This document shows positions 16,583-30,488 of a DNA stretch of 64,000 nucleotides, in pieces. The stretch is from Auanema rhodensis. Lineage: Eukaryota > Animalia > Nematoda. The position numbers and the translations under genes are program-made. Position 1 is the first letter of the stretch, and the number at the start of each line of letters is the position of its first letter. The notes beneath the pieces were generated by a model. It was not told where the DNA came from. It did no database searches and saw nothing but the letters and a program-made list of their open reading frames with translations. The stretch is taken from contig OZ059895.1 of NCBI GenBank assembly GCA_964057225.1, positions 13,144,001-13,208,000 on the forward strand. Reading direction: 5' to 3'.

Positions 16583-17390
16583 GAAAATACCTGATATTCA
16601 ATGATTTACATACTTATCCTCGTTATTGTTTTTTTTCCAATTTCATGTTAGTTATGTAATTTTCTACGTTACATCTAAATCCCTCGATGATATCAAATCT
16701 TATGAGATCCAAATACAATAAATTAAAAAGGTTTCACAGTTGTATAGTGTTTAAACAATGTTTGTTTCAATAGGAAATAGATAGAAACAGTAAAGTTAAG
16801 ATGAAGGTTCATAAACTACTGGTTTATAACTGTAATATAGAAATGAGATTGAAGATATTTTGATGCCTTGGGTTGAGCTATCTAAGTAAAACTGCTGGAA
16901 AATTAAAAACATTTGTTACGGAAGAGATAAAATTGAAAATCAGCTGCATGGCGTACTTTCAACGTGGTATGGTCGTAAGCGAAAAAATCTGATATTCAAT
17001 GATTTACATACTTATCCTCGTTATTGTTTTTTTTCCAATTTCATGTTAGTTATGTAATTTTCTACGTTACATCTAAATTCCTCGATGATATCAAATCTTA
17101 TGAGCTCCAAATACAATAAATTAAAAAAGGTTTCACAGTTGTATAGTGTTAAAACAATGTTTGTTTCAATAGGAAATAGATAGAAACAGTAAAGTTAAGA
17201 TGAAGGTTCATAAACTACTGGTTTATAACTGTAATATAGAAATAAGATTGAAGATATTTTGATGCCTTGGGTTGAGCTATCTAAGTAAAACTGCTGGAAA
17301 ATTAAAAACATTTGTTACTGAAGAGATAAAATTGAAAATCAGCTGCATGGCGTACTTTCAACGTGGTATGATCGTTAAAAAAATTTGAAA

Positions 17391-17509
17391 AGCTTACGGC
17401 ACCCGGGATTCCCAAGCCGTCTCCGATCCAAGTACTAACCGGGCCCAACGTTGCTTGACTTGCCAGATCGGACGGGATGGCGTACTTTCAACGTGGTATG
17501 GTCGTAAGC
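17391..17509 (-). rRNA. 5S ribosomal RNA
   Basis: 119-nt consensus-type copy. Confidence 0.95.
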
Positions 17510-20500
17510 GAAAATACCTGATATTCAATGATTTACATACTTATCCTCGTTATTGTTTTTTTTCCAATTTCATGTTAGTTATGTAATTTTCTACGTTACA
17601 TCTAAATTCCTCGATGATATCAAATCTTATGAGCTCCAAATACAATAAATTAAAAAAGGTTTCACAGTTGTATAGTGTTAAAACAATGTTTGTTTCAATA
17701 GGAAATAGATAGAAACAGTAAAGTTAAGATGAAGGTTCATAAACTACTGGTTTATAACTGTAATATAGAAATAAGATTGAAGATATTTTGATGCCTTGGG
17801 TTGAGCTATCTAAGTAAAACTGCTGGAAAATTAAAAACATTTGTTACGGAAGAGATAAAATTGAAAATCAGCTGCATTGAGTACTTTCAACGTGGTATGA
17901 TCGTTAAAAAAATTTGAAAAGCTTACGGCAGGCGGGATTCCCAAGCCGTCTCCGATCCAAGTACTAACCGGGCCCAACGTTGCTTGACTTGCCAGATCGG
18001 ACGGGATGGCGTACTTTCAACGTGGTATGGTCGTAAGCGAAAATACCTGATATTCAATGATTTACATACTTATCCTCGTTATTGTTTTTTTTCCAATTTC
18101 ATGTTAGTTATGTAATTTTCCACGTTACATCTAAATCCATCGATGATATCAAATCTTATGAGATCCAAATACAATAAATTAAAAAGGTTTCACAGTTGTA
18201 TAGTGTTTAAACAATGTTTGTTTCAATAGGAAATAGATAGAAACAGTAAAGTTAAGATGAAGGTTCATAAACTACTGGTTTATAACTGTAATATAGAAAT
18301 AAGATTGAAGATATTTTGATGCCTTGGGTTGAGCTATCTAAGTAAAACTGCTGGAAAATTAAAAACATTTGTTACGGAAGAGATAAAATTGAAAATCAGC
18401 TGCATGGCGTACTTTCAACGTGGTATGGTCGTAAGCGAAAAAATCTGATATTCAATGATTTACATACTTATCCTCGTTATTGTTTTTTTTCCAATTTCAT
18501 GTTAGTTATGTAATTTTCTACGTTACATCTAAATTCCTCGATGATATCAAATCTTATGAGCTCCAAATACAATAAATTAAAAAAGGTTTCACAGTTGTAT
18601 AGTGTTAAAACAATGTTTGTTTCAATAGGAAATAGATAGAAACAGTAAAGTTAAGATGAAGGTTCATAAACTACTGGTTTATAACTGTAATATAGAAATA
18701 AGATTGAAGATATTTTGATGCCTTGGGTTGAGCTATCTAAGTAAAACTGCTGGAAAATTAAAAACATTTGTTACTGAAGAGATAAAATTGAAAATCAGCT
18801 GCATGGCGTACTTTCAACGTGGTATGATCGTTAAAAAAATTTGAAAAGCTTACGGCACCCGGGATTCCCAAGCCGTCTCCGATCCAAGTACTAACCGGGC
18901 CCAACGTTGCTTGACTTGCCAGATCGGACGGGATGGCGTACTTTCAACGTGGTATGGTCGTAAGCGAAAATACCTGATATTCAATGATTTACATACTTAT
19001 CCTCGTTATTGTTTTTTTTCCAATTTCATGTTAGTTATGTAATTTTCTACGTTACATCTAAATTCCTCGATGATATCAAATCTTATGAGCTCCAAATACA
19101 ATAAATTAAAAAAGGTTTCACAGTTGTATAGTGTTAAAACAATGTTTGTTTCAATAGGAAATAGATAGAAACAGTAAAGTTAAGATGAAGGTTCATAAAC
19201 TACTGGTTTATAACTGTAATATAGAAATAAGATTGAAGATATTTTGATGCCTTGGGTTGAGCTATCTAAGTAAAACTGCTGGAAAATTAAAAACATTTGT
19301 TACGGAAGAGATAAAATTGAAAATCAGCTGCATTGAGTACTTTCAACGTGGTATGATCGTTAAAAAAATTTGAAAAGCTTACGGCAGGCGGGATTCCCAA
19401 GCCGTCTCCGATCCAAGTACTAACCGGGCCCAACGTTGCTTGACTTGCCAGATCGGACGGGATGGCGTACTTTCAACGTGGTATGGTCGTAAGCGAAAAT
19501 ACCTGATATTCAATGATTTACATACTTATCCTCGTTATTGTTTTTTTTCCAATTTCATGTTAGTTATGTAATTTTCCACGTTACATCTAAATCCATCGAT
19601 GATATCAAATCTTATGAGATCCAAATACAATAAATTAAAAAGGTTTCACAGTTGTATAGTGTTTAAACAATGTTTGTTTCAATAGGAAATAGATAGAAAC
19701 AGTAAAGTTAAGATGAAGGTTCATAAACTACTGGTTTATAACTGTAATATAGAAATAAGATTGAAGATATTTTGATGCCTTGGGTTGAGCTATCTAAGTA
19801 AAACTGCTGGAAAATTAAAAACATTTGTTACGGAAGAGATAAAATTGAAAATCAGCTGCATGGCGTACTTTCAACGTGGTATGGTCGTAAGCGAAAAAAT
19901 CTGATATTCAATGATTTACATACTTATCCTCGTTATTGTTTTTTTTCCAATTTCATGTTAGTTATGTAATTTTCTACGTTACATCTAAATTCCTCGATGA
20001 TATCAAATCTTATGAGCTCCAAATACAATAAATTAAAAAAGGTTTCACAGTTGTATAGTGTTAAAACAATGTTTGTTTCAATAGGAAATAGATAGAAACA
20101 GTAAAGTTAAGATGAAGGTTCATAAACTACTGGTTTATAACTGTAATATAGAAATAAGATTGAAGATATTTTGATGCCTTGGGTTGAGCTATCTAAGTAA
20201 AACTGCTGGAAAATTAAAAACATTTGTTACGGAAGAGATAAAATTGAAAATCAGCTGCATTGAGTACTTTCAACGTGGTATGATCGTTAAAAAAATTTGA
20301 AAAGCTTACGGCAGGCGGGATTCCCAAGCCGTCTCCGATCCAAGTACTAACCGGGCCCAACGTTGCTTGACTTGCCAGATCGGACGGGATGGCGTACTTT
20401 CAACGTGGTATGGTCGTAAGCGAAAATACCTGATATTCAATGATTTACATACTTATCCTCGTTATTGTTTTTTTTCCAATTTCATGTTAGTTATGTAATT

Positions 20501-23500
20501 TTCCACGTTACATCTAAATCCATCGATGATATCAAATCTTATGAGATCCAAATACAATAAATTAAAAAGGTTTCACAGTTGTATAGTGTTTAAACAATGT
20601 TTGTTTCAATAGGAAATAGATAGAAACAGTAAAGTTAAGATGAAGGTTCATAAACTACTGGTTTATAACTGTAATATAGAAATAAGATTGAAGATATTTT
20701 GATGCCTTGGGTTGAGCTATCTAAGTAAAACTGCTGGAAAATTAAAAACATTTGTTACGGAAGAGATAAAATTGAAAATCAGCTGCATGGCGTACTTTCA
20801 ACGTGGTATGGTCGTAAGCGAAAAAATCTGATATTCAATGATTTACATACTTATCCTCGTTATTGTTTTTTTTCCAATTTCATGTTAGTTATGTAATTTT
20901 CTACGTTACATCTAAATTCCTCGATGATATCAAATCTTATGAGCTCCAAATACAATAAATTAAAAAAGGTTTCACAGTTGTATAGTGTTAAAACAATGTT
21001 TGTTTCAATAGGAAATAGATAGAAACAGTAAAGTTAAGATGAAGGTTCATAAACTACTGGTTTATAACTGTAATATAGAAATAAGATTGAAGATATTTTG
21101 ATGCCTTGGGTTGAGCTATCTAAGTAAAACTGCTGGAAAATTAAAAACATTTGTTACTGAAGAGATAAAATTGAAAATCAGCTGCATGGCGTACTTTCAA
21201 CGTGGTATGATCGTTAAAAAAATTTGAAAAGCTTACGGCACCCGGGATTCCCAAGCCGTCTCCGATCCAAGTACTAACCGGGCCCAACGTTGCTTGACTT
21301 GCCAGATCGGACGGGATGGCGTACTTTCAACGTGGTATGGTCGTAAGCGAAAATACCTGATATTCAATGATTTACATACTTATCCTCGTTATTGTTTTTT
21401 TTCCAATTTCATGTTAGTTATGTAATTTTCTACGTTACATCTAAATTCCTCGATGATATCAAATCTTATGAGCTCCAAATACAATAAATTAAAAAAGGTT
21501 TCACAGTTGTATAGTGTTAAAACAATGTTTGTTTCAATAGGAAATAGATAGAAACAGTAAAGTTAAGATGAAGGTTCATAAACTACTGGTTTATAACTGT
21601 AATATAGAAATAAGATTGAAGATATTTTGATGCCTTGGGTTGAGCTATCTAAGTAAAACTGCTGGAAAATTAAAAATATTTGTTACGGAAGAGATAAAAT
21701 TGAAAATCAGCTGCATTGCGTACTTTCAACGTGGTATGATCGTTAAAAAAATTTGAAAAGCTTACGGCACCCGGGATTCCCAAGCCGTCTCCGATCCAAG
21801 TACTAACCGGGTCCAACGTTGCTTGACTTGCCAGATCGGACGAGATGGCGTACTTTCAACGTGGTATGGTCGTAAGCGAAAATACCTGATATTCAATGAT
21901 TTACATACTTATCCTCGTTATTGTTTTTTTCCAATTTCATGTTAGTTATGTAATTTTCTACGTTACATCTAAATCCCTCGATGATATCAAATCTTATGAG
22001 ATCCAAATACAATAAATTAAAAAAGGTTTCACAGTTGTATAGTGTTTAAACAATGTTTGTTTCAATAGGAAATAGATAGAAACAGTAAAGTTAAGATGAA
22101 GGTTCATAAACTACTGGTTTATAACTGTAATATAGAAATAAGATTGAAGATATTTTGATGCCTTGGGTTGAGCTATCTAAGTAAAACTGCTGGAAAATTA
22201 AAAACATTTGTTACGGAAGAGATAAAATTGAAAATCAGCTGCATGGCGTACTTTCAACGTGGTATGGTCGTAAGCGAAAATACCTGATATTCAATGATTT
22301 ACATACTTATCCTCGTTATTGTTTTTTTTTCAATTTCATGTTAGTTATGTAATTTTCTACGTTACATCTAAATTCCTCGATGATATCAAATCTTATGAGC
22401 TCCAAATACAATAAATTAAAAAAGGTTTCACAGTTGTATAGTGTTAAAACAATGTTTGTTTCAATAGGAAATAGATAGAAACAGTAAAGTTAAGATGAAG
22501 GTTCATAAACTACTGGTTTATATCTGTAATATAGAAATAAGATTGAAGATATTTTGATGCCTTGGGTTGAGCTATCTAAGTAAAACTGCTGGAAAATTAA
22601 AAACATTTGTTACTGAAGAGATAAAATTGAAAATCAGCTGCATGGCGTACTTTCAACGTGGTATGATCGTTAAAAAAATTTGAAAAGCTTACGGCACCCG
22701 GGATTCCCAAGCCGTCTCCGATCCAAGTACTAACCGAGCCCAACGTTGCTTGACTTGCCAGATCGGACGGGATGGCGTACTTTCAACGTGGTATGGTCGT
22801 AAGCGAAATAACCTGATATTCAATGATTTACATACTTATCCTCGTTATTGTTTTTTTTTCAATTTCATGTTAGTTATGTAATTTTCTACGTTACATCTAA
22901 ATTCCTCGATGATATCAAATCTTATGAGCTCCAAATACAATAATTTAAAAAAGGTTTCACAGTTGTATAGTGTTAAAACAATGTTTGTTTCAATAGGAAA
23001 TAGATAGAAACAGTAAAGTTAAGATGAAGGTTCATAAACTACTGGTTTATAACTGTAATATAGAAATAAGATTGAAGATATTTTGATGCCTTGGGTTGAG
23101 CTATCTAAGTAAAACTGCTGGAAAATTAAAAACATTTGTTACGGAAGAGATAAAATTGAAAATCAGCTGCATGGCGTACTTTCAACGTGGTATGGTCGTA
23201 AGCGAAAATACCTGATATTCAATGATTTACATACTTATCCTCGTTATTGTTTTTTTTTCAATTTCATGTTAGTTATGTAATTTTCTACGTTACATCTAAA
23301 TTCCTCGATGATATCAAATCTTATGAGCTCCAAATACAATAATTTAAAAAAGGTTTCACAGTTGTATAGTGTTAAAACAATGTTTGTTTCAATAGGAAAT
23401 AGATAGAAACAGTAAAGTTAAGATGAAGGTTCATAAACTACTGGTTTATATCTGTAATATAGAAATAAGATTGAAGATATTTTGATGCCTTGGGTTGAGC

Positions 23501-26500
23501 TATCTAAGTAAAACTGCTGGAAAATTAAAAACATTTGTTACTGAAGAGATAAAATTGAAAATCAGCTGCATGGCGTACTTTCAACGTGGTATGATCGTTA
23601 AAAAAATTTGAAAAGCTTACGGCACCCGGGATTCCCAAGCCGTCTCCGATCCAAGTACTAACCGAGCCCAACGTTGCTTGACTTGCCAGATCGGACGGGA
23701 TGGCGTACTTTCAACGTGGTATGGTCGTAAGCGAAATAACCTGATATTCAATGATTTACATACTTATCCTCGTTATTGTTTTTTTTTCAATTTCATGTTA
23801 GTTATGTAATTTTCTACGTTACATCTAAATTCCTCGATGATATCAAATCTTATGAGCTCCAAATACAATAATTTAAAAAAGGTTTCACAGTTGTATAGTG
23901 TTAAAACAATGTTTGTTTCAATAGGAAATAGATAGAAACAGTAAAGTTAAGATGAAGGTTCATAAACTACTGGTTTATAACTGTAATATAGAAATAAGAT
24001 TGAAGATATTTTGATGCCTTGGGTTGAGCTATCTAAGTAAAACTGCTGGAAAATTAAAAACATTTGTTACTGAAGAGATAAAATTGAAAATCAGCTGCAT
24101 GGCGTACTTTCAACGTGGTATGATCGTTAAAAAAATTTGAAAAGCTTACGGCACCCGGGATTCCCAAGCCGTCTTCGATCCAAGTACTAACCGAGCCCAA
24201 CGTTGCTTGACTTGCCAGATCGGACGCGATGGCTTACTTTCAACGTGGTATGGTCGTAAGCGAAAATACCTGATATTCAATGATTTACATACTTATCCTC
24301 GTTATTGTTTTTTTTCCAATTTCATGTTAGTTATGTAATTTTCTACGTTACATCTAAATTCCTCGATGATATCAAATCTTATGAACTCCAAATACAATAA
24401 ATTAAAAAAGGTTTCACAGTTGTATAGCGTTAAAACAATGTTTGTTTCAATAGGAAATAGATAGAAACAGTAAAGTTAAGATGAAGGTTCATAAACTACT
24501 GGTTTATAACTGTAATATAGAAATAAGATTGAAGATATTTTGATGCCTTGGGTTGAGCTATCTAAGTAAAACTGCTGGAAAATTAAAAATATTTGTTACG
24601 GAAGAGATAAAATTGAAAATCAGCTGCATTGAGTACTTTCAACGTGGTATGATCGTTAAATAAATTTGAAAAGCTTACGGCAGGCGGGATTCCCAAGCCG
24701 TCTCCGATCCAAGTACTAACCGGGTCCAACGTTGCTTGACTTGCCAGATCGGACGAGATGGCGTACTTTCAACGTGGTATGGTCGTAAGCGAAAATATCT
24801 GATATTCAATGATTTACATACTTATCCTCGTTATTGTTTTTTTTCCAATTTCATGTTAGTTATGTAATTTTCTACGTTACATCTAAATCCCTCGATGATA
24901 TCAAATCTTATGAGATCCAAATACAATAAATTAAAAAAGGTTTCACAGTTGTATAGTGTTTAAACAATGTTTGTTTCAATAGGAAATAGATAGAAACAGT
25001 AAAGTTAAGATGAAGGTTCATAAACTACTGGTTTATAACTGTAATATAGAAATAAGATTGAAGATATTTTGATGCCTTGGGTTGAGCTATCTAAGTAAAA
25101 CTGCTGGAAAATTAAAAACATTTGTTACGGAAGAGATAAAATTGAAAATCAGCTGCATGGCGTACTTTCAACGTGGTATGGTCGTAAGCGAAAAAATCTG
25201 ATATTCAATGATTTACATTTTTATCCTCGTTATTGTTTTTTTTCCAATTTCATGTTAGTTATGTAATTTTCTACGTTACATCTAAATCCCTCGATGATAT
25301 CAAATCTTATGAGATCCAAATACAATAAATTAAAAAAGGTTTCACAGTTGTATAGTGTTTAAACAATGTTTGTTTCAATAGGAAATAGATAGAAACAGTA
25401 AAGTTAAGATGAAGGTTCATACACTACTGGTTTATAACTGTAATATAGAAATAAGATTGAAGATATTTTGATGCCTTGGGTTGAGCTATCTAAGTAAAAC
25501 TGCTGGAAAATTAAAAATATTTGTTACGGAAGAGATAAAATTGAAAATCAGCTGCATTGAGTACTTTCAACGTGGTATGATCGTTAAAAAAATTTGAAAA
25601 GCTTACGGCACCCGGGATTCCCAAGCCGTCTTCGATCCAAGTACTAACCGAGCCCAACGTTGCTTGACTTGCCAGATCGGACGCGATGGCGTACTTTCAA
25701 CGTGGTATGGTCGTAAGCGAAAATACCTGATATTCAATGATTTACATACTTATCCTCGTTATTGTTTTTTTTCCAATTTCATGTTAGTTATGTAATTTTC
25801 TACGTTACATCTAAATTCCTCGATGATATCAAATCTTATGAACTCCAAATACAATAAATTAAAAAAGGTTTCACAGTTGTATAGTGTTAAAACAATGTTT
25901 GTTTCAATAGGAAATAGATAGAAACAGTAAAGTTAAGATGAAGGTTCATACACTACTGGTTTATAACTGTAATATAGAAATAAGATTGAAGATATTTTGA
26001 TGCCTTGGGTTGAGCTATCTAAGTAAAACTGCTGGAAAATTAAAAATATTTGTTACGGAAGAGATAAAATTGAAAATCAGCTGCATTGAGTACTTTCAAC
26101 GTGGTATGATCGTTAAATAAATTTGAAAAGCTTACGGCACCCGGGATTCCCAAGCCGTCTCCGATCCAAGTACTAACCGGGTCCAACGTTGCTTGACTTG
26201 CCAGATCGGACGAGATGGCGTACTTTCAACGTGGTATGGTCGTAAGCGAAAATACCTGATATTCAATGATTTACATACTTATCCTCGTTATTGTTTTTTT
26301 TCCAATTTCATGTTAGTTATGTAATTTTCTACGTTACATCTAAATCCCTCGATGATATCAAATCTTATGAGATCCAAATACAATAAATTAAAAAAGGTTT
26401 CACAGTTGTATAGTGTTTAAACAATGTTTGTTTCGATAGGAAATAGATAGAAACAGTAAAGTTAAGATGAAGGTTCATAAACTACTGGTTTATAACTGTA

Positions 26501-29500
26501 ATATAGAAATAAGATTGAAGATATTTTGATGCCTTGGGTTGAGCTATCTAAGTAAAACTGCTGGAAAATTAAAAACATTTGTTACGGAAGAGATAAAATT
26601 GAAAATCAGCTGCATGGCGTACTTTCAACGTGGTATGGTCGTAAGCGAAAAAATCTGATATTCAATGATTTACATACTTATCCTCGTTATTGTTTTTTTT
26701 TCAATTTCATGTTAGTTATGTAATTTTCTACGTTACATCTAAATTCCTCGATGATATCAAATCTTATGAGCTCCAAATACAATAAATTAAAAAAGGTTTC
26801 ACAGTTGTATAGTGTTAAAACAATGTTTGTTTCAATAGGAAATAGATAGAAACAGTAAAGTTAAGATGAAGGTTCATAAACTACTGGTTTATATCTGTAA
26901 TATAGAAATAAGATTGAAGATATTTTGATGCCTTGGGTTGAGCTATCTAAGTAAAACTGCTGGAAAATTAAAAACATTTGTTACTGAAGAGATAAAATTG
27001 AAAATCAGCTGCATGGCGTACTTTCAACGTGGTATGATCGTTAAAAAAATTTGAAAAGCTTACGGCACCCGGGATTCCCAAGCCGTCTCCGATCCAAGTA
27101 CTAACCGAGCCCAACGTTGCTTGACTTGCCAGATCGGACGGGATGGCGTACTTTCAACGTGGTATGGTCGTAAGCGAAAATACCTGATATTCAATGATTT
27201 ACATACATATCCTCGTTATTGTTTTTTTTCCAATTTCATGTTAGTTATGTAATTTTCTACGTTACATCTAAATCCCTCGATGATATCAAATCTTATGAGA
27301 TCCAAATACAATAAATTAAAAAAGGTTTCACAGTTGTATAGTGTTTAAACAATGTTTGTTTCAATAGGAAATAGATAGAAACAGTAAAGTTAAGATGAAG
27401 GTTCATAAACTACTGGTTTATAACTGTAATATAGAAATAAGATTGAAGATATTTTGATGCCTTGGGTTGAGCTATCTAAGTAAAACTGCTGGAAAATTAA
27501 AAACTTTTGTTACGGAAGAGATAAAATTGAAAATCAGCTGCATGGCGTACTTTCAACGTGGTATGGTCGTAAGCGAAAAAATCTGATATTCAATGATTTA
27601 CATACTTATCCTCGTTATTGTTTTTTTTCCAATTTCATGTTAGTTATGTAATTTTCTACGTTACATCTAAATTCCTCGATGATATCAAATCTTATGAGCT
27701 CCAAATACAATAAATTAAAAAAGGTTTCACAGATGTATAGTGTTAAAACAATGTTTGTTTCAATAGGAAATAGATAGAAACAGTAAAGTTAAGATGAAGG
27801 TTCATAAACTACTGGTTTATAACTGTAATATAGAAATAAGATTGAAGATATTTTGATGCCTTGGGTTGAGCTATCTAAGTAAAACTGCTGGAAAATTAAA
27901 AACATTTGTTACTGAAGAGATAAAATTGAAAATCAGCTGCATGGCGTACTTTCAACGTGGTATGATCGTTAAAAAAATTTGAAAAGCTTACGGCACCCGG
28001 GATTCCCAAGCCGTCTCCGATCCAAGTACTAACCGGGCCCAACGTTGCTTGACTTGCCAGATCGGACGAGATGGCGTACTTTCAACGTGGTATGGTCGTA
28101 AGCGAAAATACCTGATATTCAATGATTTACATACTTATCCTCGTTATTGTTTTTTTTCCAATTTCATGTTAGTTATGTAATTTTCTACGTTACATCTAAA
28201 TCCCTCGATGATATCAAATCTTATGAGATCCAAATACAATAAATTAAAAAAGGTTTCACAGTTGTATAGTGTTTAAACAATGTTTGTTTCAATAGGAAAT
28301 AGATAGAAACAGTAAAGTTAAGATGAAGGTTCATAAACTACTGGTTTATAACTGTAATATAGAAATAAGATTGAAGATATTTTGATGCCTTGGGTTGAGC
28401 TATCTAAGTAAAACTGCTGGAAAATTAAAAATATTTGTTACGGAAGAGATAAAATTGAAAATCAGCTGCATTGAGTACTTTCAACGTGGTATGATCGTTA
28501 AATAAATTTGAAAAGCTTACGGCAGGCGGGATTCCCAAGCCGTCTCCGATCCAAGTACTAACCGGGTCCAACGTTGCTTGACTTGCCAGATCGGACGAGA
28601 TGGCGTACTTTCAACGTGGTATGGTCGTAAGCGAAAAAATCTGATATTCAATGATTTACATACTTATCCTCGTTATTGTATTTTTTCCAATTTCATGTTA
28701 GTTATGTAATTTTCTACGTTACATCTAAATTCCTCGATGATATCAAATCTTATGAGCTCCAAATACAATAAATTAAAAAAGGTTTCACAGATGTATAGTG
28801 TTAAAACAATGTTTGTTTCAATAGGAAATAGATAGAAACAGTAAAGTTAAGATGAAGGTTCATAAACTACTGGTTTATAACTGTAATATAGAAATAAGAT
28901 TGAAGATATTTTGATGCCTTGGGTTGAGCTATCTAAGTAAAACTGCTGGAAAATTAAAAACATTTGTTACGGAAGAGATAAAATTGAAAATCAGCTGCAT
29001 GGCGTACTTTCAACGTGGTATGGTCGTAAGCGAAAAAATCTGATATTCAATGATTTACATACTTATCCTCGTTATTGTTTTTTTTTCAATTTCATGTTAG
29101 TTATGTAATTTTCTACGTTACATCTAAATTCCTCGATGATATCAAATCTTATGAGCTCCAAATACAATAAATTAAAAAAGGTTTCACAGTTGTATAGTGT
29201 TAAAACAATGTTTGTTTCAATAGGAAATAGATAGAAACAGTAAAGTTAAGATGAAGGTTCATAAACTACTGGTTTATATCTGTAATATAGAAATAAGATT
29301 GAAGATATTTTGATGCCTTGGGTTGAGCTATCTAAGTAAAACTGCTGGAAAATTAAAAACATTTGTTACTGAAGAGATAAAATTGAAAATCAGCTGCATG
29401 GCGTACTTTCAACGTGGTATGATCGTTAAAAAAATTTGAAAAGCTTACGGCACCCGGGATTCCCAAGCCGTCTCCGATCCAAGTACTAACCGAGCCCAAC

Positions 29501-30369
29501 GTTGCTTGACTTGCCAGATCGGACGGGATGGCGTACTTTCAACGTGGTATGGTCGTAAGCGAAAATACCTGATATTCAATGATTTACATACTTATCCTCG
29601 TTATTGTTTTTTTTCCAATTTCATGTTAGTTATGTAATTTTCTACGTTACATCTAAATCCCTCGATGATATCAAATCTTATGAGATCCAAATACAATAAA
29701 TTAAAAAAGGTTTCACAGTTGTATAGTGTTTAAACAATGTTTGTTTCAATAGGAAATAGATAGAAACAGTAAAGTTAAGATGAAGGTTCATAAACTACTG
29801 GTTTATAACTGTAATATAGAAATAAGATTGAAGATATTTTGATGCCTTGGGTTGAGCTATCTAAGTAAAACTGCTGGAAAATTAAAAACTTTTGTTACGG
29901 AAGAGATAAAATTGAAAATCAGCTGCATGGCGTACTTTCAACGTGGTATGGTCGTAAGCGAAAAAATCTGATATTCAATGATTTACATACTTATCCTCGT
30001 TATTGTTTTTTTTCCAATTTCATGTTAGTTATGTAATTTTCTACGTTACATCTAAATTCCTCGATGATATCAAATCTTATGAGCTCCAAATACAATAAAT
30101 TAAAAAAGGTTTCACAGATGTATAGTGTTAAAACAATGTTTGTTTCAATAGGAAATAGATAGAAACAGTAAAGTTAAGATGAAGGTTCATAAACTACTGG
30201 TTTATAACTGTAATATAGAAATAAGATTGGAGATATTTTGATGCCTTGGGTTGAGCTATCTAAGTAAAACTGCTGGAAAATTAAAAACATTTGTTACTGA
30301 AGAGATAAAATTGAAAATCAGCTGCATGGCGTACTTTCAACGTGGTATGATCGTTAAAAAAATTTGAAA

Positions 30370-30488
30370 AGCTTACGGCACCCGGGATTCCCAAGCCGTC
30401 TCCGATCCAAGTACTAACCGGGCCCAACGTTGCTTGACTTGCCAGATCGGACGAGATGGCGTACTTTCAACGTGGTATGGTCGTAAGC
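30370..30488 (-). rRNA. 5S ribosomal RNA
   Basis: 119-nt copy, representative of the mid-array. Confidence 0.95.
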
